Below, in pieces: positions 25,201-50,500 of a DNA stretch of 64,000 nucleotides. Each line of letters begins with the position of its first letter. Within the stretch, counting starts at the first letter, position 1. The notes under the pieces are model-generated. The model made no database searches, was not told the DNA's origin, and saw only the letters and a list, made by a program, of their open reading frames with translations. This DNA is from Tubulanus polymorphus. Lineage: Eukaryota; Animalia; Nemertea. A program made the translations under genes and the position numbers. Where the stretch lies: assembly GCF_964204645.1 (NCBI RefSeq), contig NC_134027.1:11006485-11070484 (forward strand), given 5' to 3'.

Positions 25201-28200
25201 CACTGATCAATCAACTCATCATGAAATTCAAAGTAAGTTTCCGTCATATTAGGTGCCAGTTGCTTATAAGTTGGTTAAAGTTTGCCATCAGATGAATTGC
25301 CATAGTACCATGCCATAGAAAACTTGAGGTTGTAAATATTTGAGACTATTTCCAGTCTTTATGCTTATCATTATGGTAAACCTGCAATATCAATTTTAAC
25401 AACCTTTCTTGTTTTATTTCTTACATTTTTGGTGGAATCCTTCTATCGATCGTAAGAGTTTATTTCATAAAGTGAAATTAAACTCTGAAGACTGCTTGAA
25501 GGATTCCACCTGAAACGTAGGAAAAAAACAAGAACAGTTGTTTTAATTGATAGTGTTGGTTTTTCTTAATGGTAACCGTGGGGTAGTTGCACAGCCATGG
25601 TTTAGATTTAAGACCATCTTAGTCTTAAAGCCAATAAAACAAGTTTACGACCAATCTTAAGATATAAGACCACTTTTGAACCTAAGTCACGACTGTGCAC
25701 CCGGCTCCAGGACTTTAGATAGAAGTGCAGTGGACTCATCAATGCGGTATTCATCGGCTCGAATCCTGGTCATAGCAAAAGTTTCTTTGGCATTCATAGG
25801 ACTTTGCGTCATTATCTGCTCTGAATTTTGAATGCTCAACCCGCTGAGCACCACCCCTGACTATGGTGCTGCACCGCTTGTTTTCCTTGGCCACTACAAA
25901 AAAAAACTATCATTTCAGAAAACTATTATACCATTTCTTCAACAAGTATTCATGGCATTAGTCACGACGATATTTCAAGTGTTGAACAGCCCGACTGACG
26001 AACTTGATCAAATTGCCACGTCGGAGAAGAAAATGTTACAACGAAGTTATTTCCTATTCCTGTGTGTTCTAGTCAGTAATAATGTCACAGAGGTCCTTAG
26101 CAATCAAGGTATGTATGTCGCTTAATCTATTTTATACGATCAAAATTCTGGAAAAGGGATTTAGCATTATTGGTACCAGTATATGGGGTTCTGAACCTGT
26201 TGGCATCGCTAGACTCAGCCATGGCATGAAACTCTGCTACACTAGACCGGTTGCGCCAGTACATGCTAAAATAATACGGGATATCTCATATCAGTGAAGT
26301 TGCACATGTACCTGCGCACTCGGTCTAGTGTGGCAGGGTTTCGTACCATGACGAGTCTCGATGCTATCAGGTTCAAATCCCTGCCAGGGAAAGATGAGGT
26401 TTTTCAGGCCAAAATACCATGAGAGAAGTTTCTACTTATTTAGAGAGCTCTGATCAGACTATATATCTAGCTGTTTTAATTCACTTTATTCAATCTACTA
26501 TTATCTTTGTCAAATAACTCACTAACTACTCCAAATGAGAAATACTAACACGTTCTGGTTTCAGTTGAGAATCCGGATTCCTGGTCAAACACACTATCCG
26601 TTAGATTTCGAATATTTTGTTGTTTGTGATTTTTCAGATCCACAAAATTTACAGCAAGTTCTCATGACTGTCATCCAAGGCGCTGTCGAACTGCCAGATC
26701 CTGTAGGCCAAAAGATGTGCTTCAGCATTTTGAAAAAACTTGTAGAAGTTTGGGGTAGGTACAGAGATAAACCTCATGGAGGGTGGCCACTGTCCTGGAA
26801 TACCTAGGAAACTCAGGGAATCGGAAGAATCGAGAAAGAAAACAGGGAATTTCTTATTTGACCCAAAAAAAAATCTGGTAAACTCAGGGAATTCGGGTAA
26901 AGCTATTGAGCGCCTGATACTTTATCAATATGTGATTCAATCGAAATGAAAGAATCGTAATATTTCAGTCAAAGTAATTTCTCTGATTCACTCATTCATT
27001 AATGTTGAATGTCTGCGCTGGCAGATTTATACCTTTGCATAAACAACCTGATCGTGACATTATTATAAACGGCAATAATGCCTTATCTAAACAAGCTGAT
27101 CATTCTTGATCATTCTTAATTCCAAAGACAGCAAAATTTAGCAGTGACTTCAGAACTAGGTTTTGTTTCTATGATTTGCAGGAAGTAACGAATGTCTTGC
27201 CGGATTTGGAGAATTCATCTACAAGAATATCATACCAGCTTGTTTCTTAGCTCCGATGAAGCCAACCTTTGACCTGAGTGATGGGCAGACAGTTCTTGTA
27301 AGTTTTGAATTCACCTCGTTACACATTTACTGTTGAAAATAACATTCAAGCTAATACCAAATAGGTCAGTGTTCTCCAAAACAGGTGACCACCCCTTTCA
27401 TTGCATCAGCCATCCTTTATGAAATATCTGCTGCCCCTACCGGAGTGGGTGTCAATATTCTCTTAAGTGCTGAGAATTGCTTTTGATTTTCGGAATATAT
27501 TGAGCTTATTTGAAAAATAGAAAATTACACCAAAATTAAGCTTTTTTTCTGTATTTTTGGGGGGATTGACAGACTTGCTACACTTAACAATGAATGCAGC
27601 CCCTTTAAGATTCCAGCATAATTTGAGAACCCTGTAGTTCAATGCTCAAACATACATGTATTCAAATTGATTTTCAGGTATTGAATGAGAGCGCAGCTTG
27701 TTTAAAAGAGATACATAATAAGCGTGTAAGTTACAAGTAGACACCAAGCTTAGACAAATTTGTTCCTTTAAACTCTGAATTAGATGGCCTAAGCTAGCTC
27801 TCACATTTGACTGTTTTAGGCTGACGAAATGGTTAACTTTCTGCAAAATGATTATTTCTGTGAGATGAATGTCACACCGGACCTTATTGAGGCAAGTTGA
27901 GATTAGAACTACAAGTAAACCCACTTAATCCTGATTTGGGTCTAATCCAGACAATTTATACAGTCCATTTGCTCATTGATATACAAGAAAATGACTAACA
28001 AATTATCCAAATTAAGCAGATTCTACTGTACCATTAAGATTGCCCTTTTTTCAAGATATTGAAGAGATATTATAATCATGTAAGCAGAAATTCAGTCCTT
28101 TAAAACTTACCGCGTGTAGTTGCGTAGTTTTCACGGAGGGGTTGCCCTTTTCTTTTGGGTTAGCCCTCAAGCCTTCCTGAAATCCTAGATCCACCCATGC

Positions 28201-28428
28201 CACCGTTGAAAAGCAGATATCTCGGAATGGTTGTTCATGCGAGAATTTCGTTGAATATTTTTAGGAATATTGTCAGGCATTGAAAACGGATTCGAAAACG
28301 TTCAAGAATTATGTTAAGGTGCGTTGTTTTTCTTCTACTAAATATGAGACATACGGGAACATGAATGATCTTATTTGATAATCCATTTTCTTCTGTTGTA
28401 GGCATTCTTCACTAAAGCCAAATCCTGA
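7270..28428 (+). CDS. XPOT: Exportin-T (tRNA exportin), 24 coding exons
   Basis: Exons 7270-7329, 8259-8344, 9400-9456, 10132-10417, 10838-10921, 11178-11444, 12065-12144, 12713-12908, 13266-13328, 13409-13480, 14302-14430, 15772-15840, 16677-16796, 16876-16970, 23584-23749, 24012-24154, 24947-25232, 25919-26108, 26638-26754, 27182-27297, 27678-27725, 27820-27891, 28265-28318, 28402-28428. MDEQAL..., KNKAAQVF, RNTLIKDTMR, YVSWID, MAFLDERGLR and ...FKNYVKAFFTKAKS* are colinear with human XPOT. Confidence 0.96.
8013..8160. mobile_element. Tc1/mariner (Tigger/pogo-like) MITE
   Basis: TA|CAGTGGAACCTCG ... CGAGGTTCCACTG|TA. Related pieces at 32738-33153 and ~53510-53945. Confidence 0.85.
9655..9930. 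repeat. Degenerate ~21-bp TCGAAATTCGAC-motif array, probably a DNA-transposon remnant
   Basis: Repeated TCGAAATTCGAC/GTCGAATTTC units in both orientations after a TACGGAAGCCCC start. Confidence 0.6.
14708..15100. repeat. Diverged ~200-bp tandem duplication in XPOT intron 11
   Basis: GGCTTTTCAGCTTTATTTTGAAT...GTGAGGATTTG...AAAACTGATTT...GCACATTTTTG occurs twice (~14738 and ~14936). Confidence 0.75.
17574..19785 (+). pseudogene. DIRS gag-like ORF1 (frameshifted)
   Basis: N-terminal Cys/His cluster GCGHLFGAWDNHDSCASC...C...NPCKIC, CCGGT-rich low-complexity DNA, an RS-rich segment (~18130-18385) and a basic C-terminus. Broken into several frames. Confidence 0.75.
19652..21767 (+). pseudogene. 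DIRS pol: reverse transcriptase, RNase H and Dam-like methyltransferase (disrupted)
   Basis: LDLKDAYFQVP, LPFGLSTAPWVFTK, YLDDWL (~20389); FTDAS..GWGA, HINFLEMLA, TDN, NVMADALSR; DLFAT...YAFPP. In-frame stops at 20045-47 and 20354-56, and an apparent deletion/frameshift near 20500. Confidence 0.92.
21560..22678 (+). pseudogene. DIRS tyrosine recombinase with one premature stop
   Basis: STSTIYDAKW, TIKGYRSAI, SARRSEIHAL (catalytic R), LCPVRAL, HQVRSMATS (HxxR), FW...TFTSFYLRD (Y). A single TGA at 21872-74; the frame continues unchanged. Start is approximate and overlaps pol. Confidence 0.92.
22937..23034 (+). repeat. DIRS internal complementary region (ICR)
   Basis: The first half is the reverse complement of the left terminus (from 17235); the second half is the reverse complement of the right terminus (to 23253); they join over an AT overlap. 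Confidence 0.93.
23835..23908 (+). mobile_element. tRNA-derived SINE head (degenerate)
   Basis: A-box-like TGGCTTGGTGG and B-box-like GGTGCGAATCC at tRNA spacing; no complete cloverleaf. Confidence 0.55.
24191..24414. mobile_element. Penelope-like (pseudo-LTR) fragment with inverted structure and a hammerhead relic
   Basis: Shares GTACAATAACCACACTCAAAC and TAAATTCTCGAT..TAGAATTCTTTTAATTTGTAC with 54532-54714; internal inverted repeat; hammerhead core on the minus strand at 24309-24346. Confidence 0.65.
24309..24346 (-). ncRNA. Minimal type I hammerhead ribozyme relic
   Basis: C CTGATGA T GATCTC TAGGGT GAGATC AAAAC GTC GTG: core, 6-bp stem II and GUC site are present; GAAA is mutated to AAAA. 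Confidence 0.6.
25579..25708. mobile_element. GGGGCC(A/G)GTTGCAC-type MITE family (Harbinger-like)
   Basis: Inverted ends with TTAAGACC subrepeats. Relatives at 41136-41244 and ~52330-52440; similar-ended elements at 31374-31502 and 30515-30618. Confidence 0.6.
27367..27634. mobile_element. hAT-like MITE family with CAGTGTTCTCC TIR (three copies)
   Basis: Homologous ~270-300 bp copies at 27367-27634, 31840-32130 (inverted) and 38324-38622, sharing the internal ACTTAACAATGAATGCAGCCCCTTTAA motif. Confidence 0.8.
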
Positions 28429-29666
28429 CAGGAAACTAGCTAGCAATTATTGTTATATTTTCACAGTAAACATCTGGTTAGATTGAACGCGTGTGCATTT
28501 AAGCATAAAATGTGTCAAAAGTATACATGTTCCGATAATCATCAAGCTTCGTTTGGTGCAGAATACTGTTAGAAAATCGATCAATTCGATCTTAAGTAAA
28601 TGTATGTTTGTTTTATGAAATTTATGATGGCTAAAATTTCAAGTAAAAATTTTACTTCAAAAGAATTTTAAGTAAGAACGTTTTCAATAATTTGAACTTA
28701 AACTATTACGGCTGCTTTAATTTGCTAGCTCTGCGCTTGCGTAAGCCATTGCATTAAGAATTTGCGATGTAGACTCAACCATAGGAGAAATCATTCTGTT
28801 GAGTTAAGAGTATTTTCTTTGTCAACTAGGGAAGCTCCTGAACCACCATGATTTTTGTAAACCATGTCTCAAATTGTTTTTTTTTTACCAAATATTTTTT
28901 TTAACAATTGCATTTTCATGTGCTGACATTCAAGTCTCTAAAAGTTAGAAATATTTTTGTTAAACTTTTGTACGCGAGCATGTTGTTGGTATCCATTTGC
29001 CTTACAAAGCTACCGGACACTGGAAAGTGGTGCTTCATTTCAGCGCTAATATGCGAATAAATCATAGTAGACTTAGTTTGAATAGGTTCTAACCAAATCA
29101 GATAACCCTTTACCTAGTATAGAATATCGCTAATGAAAAGCAAATTTTTTCATGGTCTTGAGAGCAAAGTTTATCGTTGTTGTATCGGGGAAATAGAGGC
29201 TATTTCGACAGAAATGTTTTTCAGAAAATATTTTCTGTTCAATTTCAAATATTGCCAGAATCAAGAAAGTTTTTGTGACATATCTTTCAATACTAGTAAA
29301 GCTATCATCAAATCATTATCAACGACAATTACTAGATTTCCTCGTTCTTGATGAAATTTACGGTAGATTTAACGTCAAAACGTGATGCCTGATCTGAATA
29401 TGTGATGTATGTGAGTTGTTATGTTATGCCTGCCTACGCTTCAGATGAATTTGTGGTATCAAATAAAACGGAAGAAACCATGCAGTAAGGGAGCATTCAA
29501 AAAGTATCTATTAAAAAATGTCCTAATTTTATTGTTCAAGTATGCAGTACATATTTTATGTACAGCGTGGTTTCCTCTTTTATTGCTGACTAATTAATAC
29601 TCGAAAGTGCTGGAGATAATTTTGAAATTTAAAAGAATTGTGTTGAATTACCAGCTTACCGCTTAA

Positions 29667-29844
29667 GTGCATCTATACCGCGATGCGGCGTATCTTAGTT
29701 ACCCGTACTGCTCTTTCACTAAGTTTGACAGGTGCTGCCATCTTTTCATTTGAGATGATAATTACTGATAACATCAATATACCGTGGTACGGTGTACTAG
29801 CAGTCCATCACTGATTTGTACACCGCACTGTGGTGTAGATGCAC
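29667..29844. mobile_element. MITE with GTGCATCTA(T/C)ACC TIR
   Basis: Inverted ends; a homologous inverted copy at 39131-39256 shares TGACAGGTGCTG.CATCTTT. Confidence 0.7.
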
Positions 29845-32800
29845 TGAAAGGGTTCACAGACATGCTTCATAGCAGGAATCAATGCAATGATGAGCTTTGG
29901 CCATTCCCACCCGAATACTGATTGGGGTGCTTTATAAACATAACTCAAAGATCCGTGAGTTTAACTTTTGAATACAGTGCAGTATTCTACCACCGCTTAA
30001 GGACACATCATTAAATTTTTCTGCTGCCCGCACCCTTTTGTATAGTATTCACACTATAAGTCAAAACCCTTCCTCTAAATAGGGTACATACCATTCTTTT
30101 TGAATGCTCCATGAATTTACTTAATTAACTGCTAAGTAAACATCTGTGATATAGTTAGTGTTCATGTTAGAATTATGTTTGACAAATGGAAAAGTTTTGC
30201 TTTAACAGAATTTGCTTATGACCAGACAACTACCAGTAGTTAACGTTGCAGGCATTTTACTCTGAATATGGCCAATGACAGACATGGTCTGGTCGGGCAG
30301 ATGTACAACTGCCCCGATTGTCTAGATTATCTGTGATGGAATTCAATATGTAATTTATGTATATTATATGTATATTTTGTATATATCTGTAAGAAAGATT
30401 TCCTGCATTATGAAAACTTTGGTAATAAAATAAAGTAAACATTCATCTGTAGTTTATTTTAAATTTTCTGGTTGACTGTCTTTAAGTCCAGCCGAGTAGG
30501 CTGCCCTTGTCTTGGTGCCGGTTTTATAGACTGGTATAGGCTGGTATTACCCTTAACCTGAGGTTGAAAATTAATTGAGTTAGCCCCCAGGTTGATATGA
30601 GTCTATAAAACCCGGCCCAGATGATCTCTTTATGAAGTGTCTGTCACACCTTTAGGATGGTTTACAAGATGAGTCGAGGTTCAGCGATCAAAAATTGGAA
30701 TATGTGGTGTAAAATGTGTGAAGTGGATTTCTGATCTATGATACACGCAAAGCATACAAAGCAAAATGCGAAAAAAAACAGTAAAAGTGGATTGATTAAG
30801 CGTCTCCTTATACGTTACAGATGTAGCAAAGGCCATAACGTTTTGGGCAAGTCGAATACAAGCTATTTCCTGAAATGTAGCTTCTGAGTTGAATTGTCAA
30901 ACTCCTCTTATATATAGTCTTTCTGTGATTATGGAATTTATTCTCCATCTGAATTAGTCAGTCACTTGTTTATGAAAACTATCAATCACATCGTTGCATC
31001 AGCCGGTTCGGACAATCTGTATGGTGATAAAACGTCTGCCTGTGTGTTCAGTAAAAAACCTCAGTTCACTTTTAAGTAAAATTGTCATGGGTCCACAGAG
31101 GAGACCTGGAGGAGTCTTGATGATCAGTTTTCATGAGGATAGTGATAGTCTGTGACAATTGTCTATTAAGGGGTGGGTACAGATGGCACATTGAGATATC
31201 TGGATTCACTTGAGAGTCGATAATGCTTTCTGAATGGGGGAAGTAATTATAGCCACAAGGTATTGAAGAGGAACAAAATTTTTTTTGTAAATCAACACAA
31301 GGATCAAATTTTATTAAATTAAAGTTCGACACACAAGGATTAAATTCTATTAAATTAAAGTTCGACAATTCTGGGGCCAGTTGCTCAAAAGTTGGTTTAA
31401 ATTCACCAGTGGACATAATACCCTGGTAACGATGCAATTTCAATTGTCGCTATGGCATTTAATTAACAGTTGCCTTGTGACTAACTTTTGAGCAATTGAC
31501 CCTGGTACTACGCAATGCACAAATTTTTTTAAAGCTTTGTTTTGCAGATTTTGAAATAAGAAATGATACTTAAATCAAATTTCCCGCAATACCCCTTCTA
31601 CTTTACTGGCTCTTATTTCAGTGCTGCAGCTATGTACGTTACAGCCAATACCAATTTCACAGCGGACGTTACTAACTGCCAACTGTTCAATATCGGTAAT
31701 TGGTTACTACTTTGTCCCCAGAAATACTGTTCGTTTGATGAGAAGTGTTACTAAGGGTATTGTCCTTTATAAGTGACTAATTTGAACATTCATATTTCAA
31801 AGAAATGTTACTACATGTAAATATATTTCACTCGTACAACAGCGTTCTCCGTATGGAATTCTTAAGAGGCTACATTTAATGTTAAGTATATGACATTGTG
31901 GCCGCTGAAGTAGCAAGGCTTTCAATGCCCCAAAAAGTACAGAAAATTAAGCTTACTTTTGGTATAATTTCCATTTTTATAAGCTCAATAATAAAGCAAT
32001 TATCAGCATTGATTGATAGAATTGACATCCACTCTGGTAGGGGTAGCAGATGGGGTAGTTGATTTTCAGAGGGGTGGATGTAAAAACGAAAGGGGTGGCC
32101 ACCCTCTAAAACCTGATGTGGAGAACACTGTTACTGATAACTCTTTATAGAAGCAGGCAGACTTTACCAGTAGAGACGTCACCGATTGATTGAGCTGAAA
32201 CAACACACAGATTGTTATAAAATCAACCAATCAAAGGACAAATTGGTTGAAGTACTAGCAGGAAAATGAATGAGAAGAATGAAAACAAGGTTTACAATTA
32301 CTTGTACTACAGAAAAATCCACTGGCGAATGATGATATGAAACCACTGTCCCGACAAGATATTAACTAGACTCGCGCCAGCACTTATTTCAAACCTTTTA
32401 AAAGCTTACATGGACGTATACCATAAGTTGGTGAAAAGTGTACTTGTTCTACTGTTATCTAAGCCGTATAAGATACTACTTTACTACATAGCTACACAAC
32501 GAATTTAGTACCAGTACGAATTTCTTAATAAATATCGGGTGTAACGCTGCAACACACGTCTGAATGATCATTTAATCATCGAAAGCTTATGTATGATAGA
32601 GCATCCCCTTAATAATTATCTATAATCAAATATAGTATCATCGAAACTAGTAAGAAAATATAACTAATTTCAGTACTGCATATAACGATGTTAGTTATAC
32701 CAGTAATGAATAGATTTTGCCTGTCACTTGAAGTTTACAGTCGAACCTCATTGGTACAACTCGGCTTACGACAAAAAACTCGATGAGTTGAAGAATTTGT

Positions 32801-33369
32801 GGCTTTTCTTATAGGATTTTCCTATAAAAATGTTTGCTTAGTACGATCACGTTAAAACGAAATTCATGGTAATACGATATAAAATCTTACGATCTCCTAT
32901 TCAGTTCTACAGTAAATGAACAGTACGATCTATTAATGAGTTCCCACTTTTTTAAAGATGGACTCATCCTCATTATTTATGCCACGTCTGAGCTATCTAT
33001 TTTATGGTAGCACTGACCACACATGCGATTAACTTCTCCATGGCATGTCTGTTGAGGAAATACAAAATTGTTTATCAAATGGTTAATAAGAAATTTGCTA
33101 AGTGGGATGATTTTTCATTTTCCCATGGACATCGTACTAACAAGGTTCGACTTTATTATTTATAACGAGGTTCCGCTGCGGACGAGGGGGATAGGTTGAA
33201 AAACAGTTATAGAAAATAGTTCGATAAGTAGCTCTCAATAGACACAGACGATATCACGGTCGATGAAAATACAGTATTTTAGCTTCGTAGTTAGCCTTTA
33301 AAAAGATTCGAATTCGCAAAATATTCTGATGTCATGTTACGGATTTTCATCATCGTTGACAAATCTCTT

Positions 33370-47347
<13,978 letters not shown>

Positions 47348-47567
47348 ATTGAGGGGGCAGCACTTGACTGACTCTCCAGGGGGCAGCACCATACGGATAC
47401 TTTTTGGGAACAATAAAATAAGTACAGCTATGTAACTTTAATATCGTATTCGAACGATTTATTGAATATTGTATTCATCGTCCCTTTAGACATTATCTAG
47501 CTAGCTAGGGTCAATCTTAGTTTTGCAGGGGGCAGCACCATCCGGGCTTGGATTTGACTGCGTCAAA
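47348..47567. promoter_or_regulatory. 220-bp bidirectional promoter MKLN1/TTC5 with three AGGGGGCAGCAC motifs
   Basis: Divergent ATGs at 47347 and 47568; identical 12-mer near 47352, 47378 and 47527; YY1-like AAAATGGCGGC overlaps the TTC5 start. Confidence 0.8.
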
Positions 47568-50500
47568 ATGGCGGCCAACGACGAGGCTAATGCCGCTAAT
47601 CCATCCTTAAATAGCAAATTTGACGAAGCAACGGTTTGTATTTTGGTTGCATTTTATGAAGAAATTAATCTTCAAAATTATCTTATGTTGCGCACAAGTC
47701 ACCTTGTTGATAGTCAGTGTAACAATGTCACACTTGATGCACGTGTTAAGTTTCTTAGGTCAATGAGCTTTATGAGGGCGCCACCAGCCGGTTCATGATT
47801 TTATATTTTTTTTCATCGACAGGCAGCGGTTGACAGTTTATACGATTTTAGAGACCATTATTTTGGTAATCACGGCCTGGACAAAGCTATCAATAAGAAT
47901 TACGATGTAGAAAATGAAATGAGAAAGACCTTAATCGTTCTGGACAATTTGAAAGGTAATTGCCTAGGCCCAGGCACTGGCAGTGTGCTTAAAAAAGTAC
48001 CTAGCCGTCATTCCACAAACAACGTCTAGGGCGAAAGTGCTTATATAAGGTTAATTTTCGTCCCTAATTTTGAGGTCTACTTCACCCCTTAAAATGCCAT
48101 CAACTTACCTCAAACTGACTGTTCTGTAATCAGATGGAAGTTAACTATTGTTTGTGCATAAATTTGTAATCCTAAGTAGCTTTTGACGATCGTAGTAACT
48201 CAAAACTTTTGCCTAGTACTTGAGCACTTTTTGGACTATATTTCTGACAAACTGACAGTTTTTTTAATCGTTTCACTTCATCAACTACCTGCGATAACCG
48301 AAGTTCACCCTGATCATCGCAGAGCATTTAAAAACATTCATTTGATTTGCATTTGTGTACTGATATTATTTTGATATCGCTTCAGACGCAGTGCGCAGTA
48401 AAGCTAAATACTTGATGCTGAAAGGAAAAGCGTTGAACGTACAACAGGAATTCAGCGCCGATGCGTTCGAAGCGTTGTCGAAAAGCGTGAAACTGGAACC
48501 GAGTCTGGTCGAAGCGTGGAACCAACTCGGCGAATGTTACTGGAAACGAAACGCGATTATCGATGCTCAGAATTGTTTTCTCGGCGCCTTAGCCCAGGTA
48601 ACTTTTTACATGAATTAATTCTTCACACATCTGGGTTGATCTTTTCCAGGTAAGAAACGCCTAACTCAGCTTGACTAAGATCCGATCCATGGTAAGATTC
48701 GTCGGATTTTTAGCAGTCAAGTGTGAATTTTTTTTAAATCACTAACCTTTTCGATATGGGTGTACTTATGACCGTGACAGATTGATCTCCATTTCTTGAA
48801 AGCTTGAGTCTCTCATTTTTTGTAGGCAAAAAATAAAGTATCATTGCGCAGTCTATCAATGGTGATGAGACAATTTAAAGAAAACCAACACCAGAATATT
48901 TTAGATAGTGTCGAAAAAGCCAAGGAAGCCGTTCAAATGGATGTTAAAGATGGAACATCTTGGTGTAAGCAATGTTTAAGTAGTCATTTGTTAAAAAATG
49001 GCAGTTCTCGCTGGCTTGACCTCAACAAGAAAAATATTACAAATCCTACACTGCAGCAGCATCAATTCATTGAAGATATGATTCTTTATAACGATTCCTT
49101 CTAATTCATTTTATATTGGAAAACATTGCCAAATTTGTATATAGAGGAAGGCCTGAATGATTATTGATGTGTAGGACTAAAATAAAGTGTTACTTGTTTC
49201 TCCTAATTGGCCGGGTCATATTGTAAATTGCAATAAAATTTGCAATCAGTTCATTTCTATAACTGCTGGGTCTGTTTTGATTAGCTTGATTGTGATTTTA
49301 AAAAAGGTTAAGTTTATGTTAGATAAGCGGCCAGCCGCGTCAACTTTTTAAGCTCAGCAGAAATGAGAAACATTACAAAGTATGAATTTGTTAGCCTTAC
49401 TGGTGTGTAATAAATGGATGTACAGCCAAATAATCCAGTTTAAATCGGTTTTTCAATCCAATCGGCATATTTTCAGTCCAGCTATTCATAAATCTAATAC
49501 CTTGTACCTATGTAAAATATGATATTTGATTCGGATATCCAAAAAAAACTAAATTACTTTTATCGCTACCAAATGATCCAGGGATTAATGTAGGCTCTTA
49601 ACTTAATATTGTTTTCAATTGCAGTCGTATTGGGAAATGCCTATCTATCGTTGTTTTTTTGTGCGAGTGGACAGAGTCCAACTGTTCTCAAGCAATGTAT
49701 GAGTGCTTACGCTCAAGCAGTAAGTGCTAATTTTGTTTCGGTGTCTATGAAAATTTTAAGAAGCAATTCCACCAAAAGTACATGGTTGTTTCTTTGGTCG
49801 AATAGCTCTATCATTTTCCATCTGTTTTAGGAAAGAGACATTATTGCAAGCTGTAATCCAGATTTACATTACAATCGTGCTATAGTAAGTTATCGTAGAT
49901 TATCGTGATATCGAAAAATGTATAGTCAAATAGAATGCAACTTCTTAAATGACATTTAAAAACTTTTACCACATCAATTTTTGAACCAACCATTCAATTT
50001 CAGTAGAAAGGGGATTAATTTGAATAGATTTATTAGGATGAAAAGAAATTGAAACTCTAATCGAAAACTGTGTTTTCCATGATTTTATGCCATTCTTTAA
50101 TTTATATTACATGGTTCCTACATCCCTTCAGACGCCTCAAAAAAAACCCTAAAATTCCAAAATCGATTTTTGTGGGTACGTAATCCTTCAAATTCTGAGT
50201 TTTAGCCCTCGGTCCCTCAAATTTAATTATGAAAATTGTCTCTCAAGATATTTTGTATCCACATATTTCTAAAGGACCTTTCCTTCACAGGTTCTTTCAA
50301 TCTTCATGATGAAATGATGATTACATCATACTTTTTGAAGCTACACGAATGTTTGTTAAATCATTTATCTTTCTACATTAGATGACTCCTAACTCAAATC
50401 ATTTCAGACCAGTAAATATAGATTCAATTGATATTTCATAGAGATGTTTGTTGTAATATTTGTATGCAAGTTTAAAGTGACAAGTTGAAATTATTCAAGT

